A DNA stretch of 64,000 nt from Gemmatimonadales bacterium (GTDB taxonomy: Bacteria > Gemmatimonadota > Gemmatimonadetes > Gemmatimonadales > GWC2-71-9). Below the pieces are notes generated by a model. That model was not told where the DNA came from. It searched no databases and was given only the letters and a program-made list of their open reading frames with translations. The position numbers were made by a program, and so were the translations under genes. The stretch lies in assembly GCA_037189525.1 (NCBI GenBank), contig JBBCJC010000003.1, positions 1 to 64,000 on the forward strand. The letters run 5' to 3'. Of the stretch, positions 37,937 to 49,207 are shown piece after piece. Numbering within the stretch: position 1 is the stretch's first letter; each line of letters opens with the position of its first letter.

Positions 37937-39661
37937 TCAGTAGCCGGCGCCACCTCCGCCGCGCCGCGGATCGCTGGCCCCGAGCCAGCCGGTCGGGGTC
38001 CGAATGATGGCCTCGACGTCACCCATGTAATTCCGGAAGGTGACCTTGTGCCCCATCCGCTCGAGCTCGGCAATGGTCTCGGCCCGGAAGCCGCCCCGCT
38101 CGAGCGCGATCTGGTCCGGCAGCGACTGGTGATGCAGACGCGGCATCGAGAGCGCGGTCGGTAGATCCATCTTGTGGTCGATCACGTTGGAAATGACGTG
38201 GAAGACCTGGGTGATGATGGTCGGGCCGCCCGGCGTACCCACCACCATCAGCAGCTTCCCTTCGCGGTCGAGCACGACACTCGGCGTCATGGCCGAGAGC
38301 ATGCGCTTGCCGGGCACGATGGCGTTGGCCTCGCCCTGGACCAGGCCGTAGCCGTTAGGCTTGCCGGGCGCCGTGGTGAAATCGTCCATCTCGTTGTTGA
38401 GCAGGAAGCCTGCGCCGGTCACGGTAACCGCGCTTCCGAAGCTGCCGTTGAGCGTCGTCGTGGTGCTGACCGCGTTGCCATCCTGATCGACGACCGAATA
38501 GTGCGTCGTCTGCAGCGACTCGTCGGCCACCGGCGTCAGGTCCGTCGTGGGCGTGGCGCGCTCCAGGTTGATCTCCGCGCGGCGGCTGGCCGCGTGGTCC
38601 TTGCTCGTCATTCGGGCAATCGGATTCTGGACGAAATCGGGATCGCCCAACGAGGCGTTGCGCTCGGCAAAGGCGCGGCGCATGGCCTCCGCCTGGCGAT
38701 GCAGCAGCTCGGGCGAACCAAACGGCGGCAGCGGATCGAACCCTTCCAGGATGTTGAGAATCAGCGCCAGGGTGACGCCGCCGGATGAGGCCGGGGGCAT
38801 CGAATAGATGGTGTGGCCGCGATACTGGAACGACAGCGGGTCGCGCCACTTGGCCTCATAGGCTGCCAGGTCTTCCTTCGTGATCAGCCCGCCCCCTCGG
38901 CGCATTTCCGCGACGATCAGGTCGGCCACGGGGCCGGCATAGAAGCCCGCGGGACCGCCGGTCTGGATGGCGGTCAGGGTCTTGGCCAGATCGGGCTGCT
39001 TCCAGGTCGTGCCGGGCTGCGGCGGCCGTCCTCCCGGGAGATACTGTGCGGCGGATGCCTTGAAGCGGACCAAGCGGCTCGAATCGCTCCCGATGGTGCG
39101 CGACCGATACTCGTCGACCAGGAATCCGTCGGCGGCGAGTCGGATGGCCGGCGCCACGATATCGGCCCAGGGCAGTTTGCCGAAGCGCTTGTGGGCCTCC
39201 GCCAGGCCGGCAACCGCGCCCGGCACACCGGCGGCGAGATGACCGGTCCAACTGGCGCGAGTCGGATTGCCGTCCGGGCCGACGTACATATTGCGGGTGG
39301 CCTTGGCCGGCGCCTTTTCACGGTAGTCGAGCGAGTGGACGCTGCCATCGGCGAGCCGGATGACCATGAACCCGCCACCGCCGATGTTGCCGGCCTCCGG
39401 ATGCACCACCTGGAGCGCGAACCCGACGGCGACAGCGGCATCGATCGCATTGCCGCCCTGCTGCAGGATGGCCTTACCGACATCACTGGCGATCGGATTT
39501 CCGGACACGACCACTGCGCGGCTGCCTTCGGTGATCCGGGCGCTGTCGCGGAGTGCCCAGGTGGAATCGATCGCGGGCGCCGCCGGCGTGGCGGATTGTC
39601 CGGGGAGCTGGCATGCCTGAACCAGCGCCGCGGCGATGAGAATCGTCACGAAACGCGTCAC
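37937..39661 (-). CDS. ggt: Gamma-glutamyltransferase
   Basis: GGNAIDAAVA, TTHYSVVD, LNNEMDDF, LSAMTP, GTPGG. Confidence 0.97.
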   Translation of the reverse strand: MTRFVTILIAAALVQACQLPGQSATPAAPAIDSTWALRDSARITEGSRAVVVSGNPIASDVGKAILQQGGNAIDAAVAVGFALQVVHPEAGNIGGGGFMVIRLADGSVHSLDYREKAPAKATRNMYVGPDGNPTRASWTGHLAAGVPGAVAGLAEAHKRFGKLPWADIVAPAIRLAADGFLVDEYRSRTIGSDSSRLVRFKASAAQYLPGGRPPQPGTTWKQPDLAKTLTAIQTGGPAGFYAGPVADLIVAEMRRGGGLITKEDLAAYEAKWRDPLSFQYRGHTIYSMPPASSGGVTLALILNILEGFDPLPPFGSPELLHRQAEAMRRAFAERNASLGDPDFVQNPIARMTSKDHAASRRAEINLERATPTTDLTPVADESLQTTHYSVVDQDGNAVSTTTTLNGSFGSAVTVTGAGFLLNNEMDDFTTAPGKPNGYGLVQGEANAIVPGKRMLSAMTPSVVLDREGKLLMVVGTPGGPTIITQVFHVISNVIDHKMDLPTALSMPRLHHQSLPDQIALERGGFRAETIAELERMGHKVTFRNYMGDVEAIIRTPTGWLGASDPRRGGGGAGY

Positions 39662-39735
39662 GGGAGGCCCTTTCGAGAGTTGCCTAAGTCCGGCTCAACC
39701 CGACAAAATTAACCTGACTTCACTTGGGATTCCTC

Positions 39736-40659
39736 ATGGCCGATGGCCAGCAGTTGCGGTTGACCGAGCGGCGGAACCCGCGCAGCATCGATATCGACAC
39801 TGCCGATCCGCTCGCACTGGTCGATCTGATCAATGCGGAAGATGCGACGATTCCGGCTCTGGTGGCCGGCGCGCGTCAGGAAATTGCCAGAACGGTCGAG
39901 CTGATCGAAGCCTCATTCCGGGCCGGTGGACGGCTGTTGTATGTCGGAGCGGGCACCAGCGGCCGGCTGGGCGTGCTCGACGCCTCGGAGTGCCCGCCCA
40001 CTTTCGGAGTTCCGCCCGAGATGGTCGTCGGCATCATCGCGGGCGGCCCTTCGGCGCTGACGCGCTCCGCCGAGGGGGCGGAGGACGATGCCGATGCCGG
40101 AGCGCTCATCATCGATGAGCACGGCGTCGGCCCGGCAGATACGGTGGTCGGGATCGCAGCAAGCGGAGGCACGCCCTACGTCCGCGGCGCGCTGACCCGC
40201 GCCCGCGCGCTCGGCGCGCGAACCGCGATGGTGGCCTGTGCGGACCTGCCGGAAGCGGTCGTGGCCGTCTGCGATGTGACGATCGTGGTGCGGACTGGTC
40301 CGGAGGTCGTCACCGGGTCTACCCGGATGAAAGCCGGCACCGCGACCAAGCTGATCCTCAATACGCTGACGACCGCGGCGATGATTCGGCTCGGGAAGAC
40401 CTATGGGAATCTGATGGTCGATCTGCAGGCCTGGAACAGCAAGCTGGTGGACCGGAGCGAACGGATCGTGATGGAAGTGACCGGGGTGGCGCGCGGCGAA
40501 GCCCGTCGCGCCATCGACGATGCCGGCGGCAGTGTCCGTGCCGCAATCGTGATGGCCCGGACTGGTGCTACCTATGCCGAGGCCTTGGCCCGGCTCGCCG
40601 ATGTCGACAACCGGGTCCGCGAACTGATCGGACCGCCCCCACCTGTGAGGGATGCATGA
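39736..40659 (+). CDS. murQ: N-acetylmuramic acid 6-phosphate etherase
   Basis: TERRNP, GAGTSGRLGVLDASECPPTF, GSTRMKAGTA. Confidence 0.98.
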   Translation: MADGQQLRLTERRNPRSIDIDTADPLALVDLINAEDATIPALVAGARQEIARTVELIEASFRAGGRLLYVGAGTSGRLGVLDASECPPTFGVPPEMVVGIIAGGPSALTRSAEGAEDDADAGALIIDEHGVGPADTVVGIAASGGTPYVRGALTRARALGARTAMVACADLPEAVVAVCDVTIVVRTGPEVVTGSTRMKAGTATKLILNTLTTAAMIRLGKTYGNLMVDLQAWNSKLVDRSERIVMEVTGVARGEARRAIDDAGGSVRAAIVMARTGATYAEALARLADVDNRVRELIGPPPPVRDA

Positions 40660-41762
40660 CCGAACGACCCACGCTCGCCGTCGGCCTGATGTCGGGCACC
40701 TCGCTGGACGGGATGGACGCGGCCCTGGTCCGCTTCAGCAGTCCGACCCGCGCCGAGCTGGTGGCCTTTGCGCACCTGCCGTATACGGCCGAGTATCGGC
40801 GTCAGCTCGAACACGGCATCTCGGCCGGTACCACCCGCGAGCTGGCGCTGCTCCATGCGGCCATCGGGACCTGGGCCGTCGAAGCCGTCCAGCAGGTGCT
40901 GGCGCTCGCGCATTGTAAAGCAAGCGACCTCGATTTCATCGCCTTCCATGGGCAATCCATCTGGCACGAGCCGCCGGCGGTGACCTGGCAGCTGGGCGAA
41001 CCGGCGCTGCTCGCCGAGGCGTTCGGGGTCCGGGTGGTCAGCAACTTCCGGACGCGGGACGTCGCGGCAGGCGGGCAGGGAGCGCCGCTGGTCCCGATAG
41101 CCGACGTGCTTCTCTTCGGCGGCGAGCAGCCGAGAGTGCTGCTCAATATCGGCGGCATGGCCAACCTGACCTACGTGGCGCACCGGGCCGTCGAGGAAGG
41201 AGCCTTTGCGTTCGACACCGGACCGGGTGTGGCGCTGATCGACGCCGTCGCGCGTCGAGTCGATCCGAGCCTGCCGTACGATGTCGATGGCGGGCTGGCG
41301 GCGCGGGGCGCGGTCGATGAAGCGCTGCTTGCCACGCTGCTGGCGGATCCGTTCTTTGCCGCGGCGCCGCCCAAGAGCACCGGGCGGGAGTTGTTCGGTA
41401 GCGAGTATGCCCGCCGCATCCATGACGCGCGCCCCGGACCGGATGGCGTCGCCACGGCGGTGGCGCTCACCGCCCGGAGCATCGCGGGCGCGGTGGCGCG
41501 CTGGGTTCCCGCGGCCCAGGAAGTGGTGGCCTCGGGCGGCGGGTGTCATCATCCCGGCCTGTTTACCGCACTGGAGCAGCTGCTTGCTGCGGATGGGCGC
41601 CGGCTGCTTCGGTTCGATTCGCTCTTTTTCTCGGGCGATGCCAAGGAAGCGGTGGCCTTTGCCCTGCTCGGCTATCTGACCATTCACGGCCAGCCGGGGA
41701 ACCTTCCGCGCGCCACCGGAGCGCGAGGCTCCCGCGTGCTGGGGATGGTGACACCCGCATGA
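40656..41762 (+). CDS. anmK: Anhydro-N-acetylmuramic acid kinase
   Basis: GLMSGTSLDGMD, GGQGAPLVP, NIGGMAN, DTGPG, KEAVAFA. Confidence 0.97.
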   Translation: MTERPTLAVGLMSGTSLDGMDAALVRFSSPTRAELVAFAHLPYTAEYRRQLEHGISAGTTRELALLHAAIGTWAVEAVQQVLALAHCKASDLDFIAFHGQSIWHEPPAVTWQLGEPALLAEAFGVRVVSNFRTRDVAAGGQGAPLVPIADVLLFGGEQPRVLLNIGGMANLTYVAHRAVEEGAFAFDTGPGVALIDAVARRVDPSLPYDVDGGLAARGAVDEALLATLLADPFFAAAPPKSTGRELFGSEYARRIHDARPGPDGVATAVALTARSIAGAVARWVPAAQEVVASGGGCHHPGLFTALEQLLAADGRRLLRFDSLFFSGDAKEAVAFALLGYLTIHGQPGNLPRATGARGSRVLGMVTPA

Positions 41763-43195
41763 AGGCCGCCCGGCTGGTCATTCCCGCGCTCCGCTGGCAC
41801 GCGGACACCGGGTTCGAGCACGAAAACGCGGCCATCGACGATGCGATTGCGGCCGGTGTCGGTGGGTTCATCCTCTTCGGCGGCACGGCGCCACAGGTAC
41901 TCTCGCTGGTCGACCGGCTGACCCGTCAGGCCGGTCGTCCGCTGCTGATTGCGGCGGATCTGGAACGCGGCGCCGGCCAGCAGGTCGAGGGGCTGGCCGA
42001 ACTGCCTCCGCCGGCTGCGCTCGCCGCGCTGGACGATCTCGACGCGGCGCGTCAGGCGGGCCTGGTCACCGCGCGGGCGGCCCGGTCGGTCGGCATCAAC
42101 TGGGTTCTGGCGCCGGTGGCCGATCTCGATCTCGAACCGGCCAATCCGATCGTGCAGACCCGTTCATTCGGGGCGGTGCCGGAGCGGGTCGGGCAGTTGG
42201 TGGCCGCCTGGATCGAAGGGGCCCACGCCGGCGGGGCGCTCACGGCCGTCAAGCATTTTCCCGGCCACGGCCGGACCGTGCACGATTCGCACGAACGGAT
42301 GCCGGTGGTGGCCGCCTTAGATGCGGAGCTGACGGCGGTCGATCTGGTGCCGTTCCGCGCCGCCATCGCGGCAGGGGTGGATGCCGTGATGACGGCGCAC
42401 GTCGCGTATCCTGCGCTCGATCCGTCCGGTACGCCGGGCACCCGTTCGCGCCCGATTCTCGAGCGGTTGCGCGGTCCTCTGGAATTCGATGGCCTGGTGG
42501 TGACGGACGCGCTGATCATGGAGGGCTTTGCCGGCGGGATTGGGGCCGGGCCGGCGGCCGTCGAGGCGGTGTCGGCCGGAGTCGACGTCCTGCTCTATCC
42601 CGCCGACGTGCGCGCGACGATCAGTGCGCTGGAAACGGCCGCCACGCTGGATGCCGAGTTTGCCCACCAAGTCGAAGCGGCGCTGGCCCGATACGCCTAC
42701 GCGCTGGATCGGGCGACCAGCCGATTCGAGTCTCCCGCCGTGCCATACGCGTCCGGACCTCAGGAGGAAGACGCCGATTTTGCGGCCGGTCTGGCCGGTC
42801 GCCTAATTAGCCAATCCGCCCCCGAGCTTTCGTTGCGGGCTCCGATCGAACTGGTGGTGGTCGATGACGACCTGGACGGGGCCTTTCCCGCTTCGCCCAG
42901 CGACTACGTCGAGCGGGCGCTTGCTCGGCATGGTGTGCCGCTCGGCGCTGGGGGGAGCCGCGTCATCCTCGCGTTCGCGGAGCCGAGGGCCTCGAAAGGG
43001 CGCGGGGGATTCGGAGACCGGAGCCGGGCGCTGCTGGCCCAGACGGTTCCAGGTGCCGACCTGGTGGTGCTGTTCGGTCACCCGAGACTGCGTGAGGCGA
43101 TTCCGGAGGGCGTGCCCGTCATCCAGGCCTGGCACCGGCAGCGGCTGATGCAGGATGCCGTGGCCGCTTGGCTAATCGATCGACTGAACGGTTGA
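41759..43195 (+). CDS. nagZ: GH3 beta-N-acetylglucosaminidase (NagZ-like)
   Basis: ADLERG, KHFPGHG..HDSH, VTDAL; ATGA overlap with anmK. Confidence 0.9.
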   Translation: MKAARLVIPALRWHADTGFEHENAAIDDAIAAGVGGFILFGGTAPQVLSLVDRLTRQAGRPLLIAADLERGAGQQVEGLAELPPPAALAALDDLDAARQAGLVTARAARSVGINWVLAPVADLDLEPANPIVQTRSFGAVPERVGQLVAAWIEGAHAGGALTAVKHFPGHGRTVHDSHERMPVVAALDAELTAVDLVPFRAAIAAGVDAVMTAHVAYPALDPSGTPGTRSRPILERLRGPLEFDGLVVTDALIMEGFAGGIGAGPAAVEAVSAGVDVLLYPADVRATISALETAATLDAEFAHQVEAALARYAYALDRATSRFESPAVPYASGPQEEDADFAAGLAGRLISQSAPELSLRAPIELVVVDDDLDGAFPASPSDYVERALARHGVPLGAGGSRVILAFAEPRASKGRGGFGDRSRALLAQTVPGADLVVLFGHPRLREAIPEGVPVIQAWHRQRLMQDAVAAWLIDRLNG

Positions 43196-43216
43196 GCCGC
43201 GTCCGGACGCGGGGCG

Positions 43217-44581
43217 TCAGGGGCGGAGCTGGTCGAGCGTCTGTCGGATGGCCGTTGCGGGGACGATGACCAGCCGTCCCGCTTCCTCCGCACGGCCGGA
43301 GACCAGGCCGACGACCTGCCCGGCCGGCGTAAATACCGGGCTGCCGCTCGATCCGTAGGTCCCGTAGCCGTCGACGTCGAATCCCGCCGCGCGCGTTTCC
43401 ACCACCGTGCCCACCGAGCCACGCCCCGCCACCCCCGAGCGACGCCAGTCGCCCAGGGAATCGAGCCCGAACGGATAACCATACAGGGCGACCGCATCGC
43501 CCACGGAAACGCGATCGGCCAGGGTCACCGCCGATCCCGTGCCGCCCCGAATCACCGCGCGGACGATGGCGACGTCGGCGCTGTCGTGAACCCGGGCAAT
43601 CGCGCCCCGGAAGGCCTGGCCCGATCCGTCGAAGATCACCGCGATCCGCGCCACGGCCACGCCGGTGGAGTCGCGGACCAGATGCCGCGCGGTCGCCAGC
43701 CAGACCGTGTCGCCGGCGCTCCGGACGGCAAACCCGGTTCCCGACACTGCGCGGCCGGCGGGCGACTCGGTGGCGATCACCGCGACGGCGGCCCGGTGTG
43801 CTCCGCTGGCGCTCGCCGGGTCCAGAGTGGCCGCGGCCAGAACCCGCTCGGGCCGCGCGGCCACCTGAGCCATCGCACGGGTCAGGGTGTCGAGCGCCTC
43901 CGCGCTCGGCTGCTGCGCAGTGACGGCCGTCTTGAGTTGGTCGACCTCCCGCCGAGCTTGGGCCAGCGCCTGGCTCACGCCTGCGTCCGTCGGGCGACCC
44001 TGATCGAGCCGGGAGAGCAGTTGGTCGATCCGGCCCAGCAGTTCGGCGCGCTGGTTCGCCAGCTCCGCACGGGTGCGGTAGAGCTGCCAGCCGCCGATTC
44101 CGCCGGCGGTCAGGGCCAGTATGACCACTACCAGCGCGAGCCATTTCCACGGCCGGGTCTGCCGCACCACTTCACGCTGGACTCGTTCGGCCGTGCCCGT
44201 TCTCGGTCCGAAGATCTCGGTCGGGGCCTGGCCGAGCGCGGGTGCGTCGTGCGACCGCGGCGGGGTGAACGAGGTCGCGATCGAGAACTCGACCTCCGGG
44301 CCCGAGGGGCCGAAGCGCAGCACGTCACCCGGTTCGAGCGGCTGATCGCCACGAATCCGCTTTCCGTTCCGGAAGGTGCCGTTGCTGGAGGCCAGGTCGC
44401 GGATCATGAAGGATCCGCCCTGTTTGAAGACCGCCGCATGGCGGACCGAGACCTCGAGGTCGCGTTCCGGATCGAAGGCGAGATCAGAACTCGGATGGCG
44501 CCCGATGGTTAGGAAGTCGTTGCCGACGACCGTGAGGTCGCCGGCTCGGGAGCCGCCGCGAAATCGGAATTGAGCGTACAT
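43217..44581 (-). CDS. FHA domain-TM-coiled coil-trypsin-like serine protease
   Basis: FHA GRH/SVRHA/SSNGT; TM helix; triad motifs TARH, ADVA, GSSGSP. Confidence 0.88.
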   Translation of the reverse strand: MYAQFRFRGGSRAGDLTVVGNDFLTIGRHPSSDLAFDPERDLEVSVRHAAVFKQGGSFMIRDLASSNGTFRNGKRIRGDQPLEPGDVLRFGPSGPEVEFSIATSFTPPRSHDAPALGQAPTEIFGPRTGTAERVQREVVRQTRPWKWLALVVVILALTAGGIGGWQLYRTRAELANQRAELLGRIDQLLSRLDQGRPTDAGVSQALAQARREVDQLKTAVTAQQPSAEALDTLTRAMAQVAARPERVLAAATLDPASASGAHRAAVAVIATESPAGRAVSGTGFAVRSAGDTVWLATARHLVRDSTGVAVARIAVIFDGSGQAFRGAIARVHDSADVAIVRAVIRGGTGSAVTLADRVSVGDAVALYGYPFGLDSLGDWRRSGVAGRGSVGTVVETRAAGFDVDGYGTYGSSGSPVFTPAGQVVGLVSGRAEEAGRLVIVPATAIRQTLDQLRP

Positions 44582-44596
44582 GGTGGAGGAGCGGCG

Positions 44597-45642
44597 TCAG
44601 GCGACGATCAGGAAAACGGCGAGCAATACCAGCAGGATGGCGACACCGATGGCCGCCATCATCACGGGAGATCCGGTCCGCCGGGTCGGAGGCGTGATTT
44701 CCGGTTCGTCGGCCGGCGGCTCGGGAGGCACGACCGGGGCGGCCAGGGGTTGCGCCGGCTGTTCGCCGGAGATGTCGATCGACGGGTGCGCATGATAGCC
44801 GAGATCGTCGACCGAGACCGGTGCCGGAAGGCCGGCGCCCTGGAAACGGACCGCCACCACCGTGATGTTGTCCGGCCCGCCACGCTCGTTGGCCAGCGCC
44901 ACGAGACGCGCCGGCAAGTCGGTCAGATTCGGCGTCTCGGCCACCAGCTGGCCGATCTCGTCACGGGTAACCTGGCCCGACAATCCGTCGGAGCAGAGAA
45001 TCAGGGTGTCACCGTGGGCGATGTCCTGATAGGTCACGTCGACCCGAATCCGCGCATCGGGACCGAGCGCCTGCAGAATGATGTTGCGCCGTTCGCTCTG
45101 GGCCGCCTGGTCCTCGGTCAGCTCGCCCGCATCGATCAGGCGTTGGATCAGGGACTGGTCCTTGGTGAGCTGGACCGCCAGGCCGTTCCGCACCAGATAG
45201 GCGCGGCTGTCGCCCACCTGGGCCAGGTGGAGCCGGCTGCCCAGGACGCCCGCGACCGTGGCCGTGGTGCCCATGCCGCGGGACTCCTGGTGCTCGGCGG
45301 CGTAGCGGTGGATCCGGTCGTTGGCGGCTTCGACCGCGGCCTTGATCTGTTTCGCAAAGGTCTCGGGTTCGGTCGCCCGGTCGGCCGTCCAGGAGGCGCG
45401 CAACGCCTCGAAAATCGTATCCGCAGCGAGCGCGCTCGCGAGTTCACCCGCCGCGGCGCCCCCCATCCCGTCGGCGACGAGGAAGAGCGACCCCTTGGGG
45501 CCCAGTTCCGCGCGGCTGGCATTGAGCACGTCGGTGGTGCCCTTGGTCAGATCCGCAACGAGGTAGGTGTCCTCGTTGTGGTCGCGGGTCCGGCCCAGGT
45601 CGGTGAGGGCGGCAACCTCGAGCACGATGGCGTTGGAACCGC

Positions 45643-45646
<4 letters not shown>
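44597..45646 (-). CDS. PP2C (Stp1/PrpC)-type Ser/Thr phosphatase with C-terminal TM anchor
   Basis: RDHNED, VADGMGG, VGDSRAY, CSDGL, GGPDNIT. Confidence 0.95.
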
Positions 45647-47136
<1,490 letters not shown>

Positions 47137-47255
47137 CCTTGGCGTCGTCGCCCGAGGGTGCAATCGAACGTCACCGCCCGGCAATCTAGGCCGCGACGCT
47201 AGGGAGCGTCAACCGCAGAATGGTGTAAGTCATAGTCACTGTGTACCTTGCAGCG

Positions 47256-49163
47256 ATGACCCCGGGTTGTTATCGCGCCGCCTCGCTAGGGGCGCTCCTG
47301 CTGATTGCCGGGCTGGCCGGTGCCGGACATGCGCAGGAAGCAGCGTGGCAGCGGGCCGCCATGCCGGCGGTCGAGGGGCCGCTGGCCATTCGTGTCGTCT
47401 ATCCGAGCTCGGGCGATCGCGTCGACGTCGAGGACTCGAGCTTCGTCTTTGGCTCGGTCGGCGACGGGCGCGCCACGGTAACCGTCAACGGCCAGCCCGC
47501 CCGCGTCACCCGGAACGGCGCTTTCATCGCCTGGATCCGCTACCCGGCGGAGTCGCCGGCCCGGCTCGTGGTCGAAGCGCGCCGAGGCGGTGAGCGCACC
47601 TCTGCGGTCATTACGGTCCAGCGGGTCGAACGATTCAGTCCGCCCGCCTCGGGGCTCTGGATCGATCCGCAATCTCTCTCGCCCCGCGGCCGAGTCTGGT
47701 GGCCGGCCGACGAAGTGTTACCGCTCTCGGTCCGGGCCAGCGAGGGTGCTACCGTCAGTCTGGTTTTGCCGAACGGCCGCCGGGTGGCGCTGGCGGCGAC
47801 CGGCGCGCCGCCGCCGGTGCCCGCCGGCCTTCGGGCCTTCGATCGGGATACGGCCCGGCTCCGGCGCCCCGCCCGCGGCGACCGGTATGCCGGCGCGGTC
47901 CGCGGCCTCGCTGTCGGAGCATTGGGCGGAGTGCTCGGTGCGGAGCGAGCGGGTGCGGCGCCGGCGCGTCCGCTCCGGCTCGAAGCCGTGCGCGGCCGCG
48001 ACACCGTGCGCATCGACTGGCCGCTGGCCGTCGCACTGCTCGACTCCATGCCGCCCGCGGTTCGGCTCGACGACAGCGGCGGCAACTCGGCCTCGCGCGA
48101 CGGCATCACGACCGGGCGGGCGCATCCCGGGGCGACCTACCACTGGTTTTTTCCGGCCGGCACGCTGGCCCAGGTGTCCGGGCGGATCAACGGCGACCTG
48201 CGGATTCGGCTTGGTGCGGAGACCGAAGCCTGGGTGCCGGTGGCTGAAGCCCAGGCGCGCGCGCCGGCGCTGGTGGCGGCACGTGCGCAGGTCGATGCGA
48301 TCACTATCTCCTCGTTGCCGGATCGCGCGGTGCTGCGGATTCCGATGAGCTATCGGGCGCCGTACCGGATCGAAGAGGAATCGCGGCGGTTGACGATCCG
48401 CTTGTACGGAGCAAGCGGAGATCCCGGCTGGATCCGGCACGGCCCCGGCGACATATTGATCACCGCCTCGGACTGGCGCCAGGTGGGCAGCGACGTGGAG
48501 CTGATCTTCCGGCTCGGTGCCCCGCTCGTCGGTTATCGCACCCGCTGGGATCGCGACGACCTGATCGTCGAAGTCCGCCGTCCACGGGCGGTCGATCGCG
48601 GACGTCCTTTGGCGGGCCGCGTCATCGTCGTCGATGCCGGACATCCGCCCGGTGGCAGCACCGGCCCGACCGGGCTCCGCGAATCGGAGGCAACGCTTGC
48701 AGTGGCATTGCTGCTGGAACCGATGCTGCGTGATGCCGGAGCGCGAGTGGTGATGACGCGGCGAGGCGCGGGTGCGGTTAGCCTGATCGACCGGGTCCGC
48801 CTGGCCGACAGCGTCGATGCCGATCTGATGCTTTCGGTTCACGGGAATGCGCTGCCCGACGGCGTGCCGCCCGAGCCCAATCATGGTTCGAGCGTCTTCT
48901 ACTTCCATCCGCGCAGTGCCGATCTGGCTCGCGTCGTCCAGGCTCGTCTGGTCGAAGAATTGGGGACCCGTGATCTCGGTATTGCTCGCGGCGATCTGGC
49001 CGTGGTGCGGCCCACCTGGATGCCTGCGGTGCTGGCGGAGGGATTGTTCATGATGTGGCCCGAACACGAAGCGTGGCTCCGTTCCGAGGAGGGGCGGCGC
49101 CGCTACGCGCGGGCGCTCAAAGCGGGGCTCGAGGACTACTTCCGGCATCGAGCGACCGATTGA
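47256..49163 (+). CDS. N-acetylmuramoyl-L-alanine amidase (Amidase_3)
   Basis: VVDAGH, LRES, LSVHGNA, PAVLAE; secreted N-terminus. Confidence 0.9.
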   Translation: MTPGCYRAASLGALLLIAGLAGAGHAQEAAWQRAAMPAVEGPLAIRVVYPSSGDRVDVEDSSFVFGSVGDGRATVTVNGQPARVTRNGAFIAWIRYPAESPARLVVEARRGGERTSAVITVQRVERFSPPASGLWIDPQSLSPRGRVWWPADEVLPLSVRASEGATVSLVLPNGRRVALAATGAPPPVPAGLRAFDRDTARLRRPARGDRYAGAVRGLAVGALGGVLGAERAGAAPARPLRLEAVRGRDTVRIDWPLAVALLDSMPPAVRLDDSGGNSASRDGITTGRAHPGATYHWFFPAGTLAQVSGRINGDLRIRLGAETEAWVPVAEAQARAPALVAARAQVDAITISSLPDRAVLRIPMSYRAPYRIEEESRRLTIRLYGASGDPGWIRHGPGDILITASDWRQVGSDVELIFRLGAPLVGYRTRWDRDDLIVEVRRPRAVDRGRPLAGRVIVVDAGHPPGGSTGPTGLRESEATLAVALLLEPMLRDAGARVVMTRRGAGAVSLIDRVRLADSVDADLMLSVHGNALPDGVPPEPNHGSSVFYFHPRSADLARVVQARLVEELGTRDLGIARGDLAVVRPTWMPAVLAEGLFMMWPEHEAWLRSEEGRRRYARALKAGLEDYFRHRATD

Positions 49164-49207
49164 TCGGATGTGTCTTTTTTCGGTCGGTCGGACGTCTCCA
49201 CTCTGTT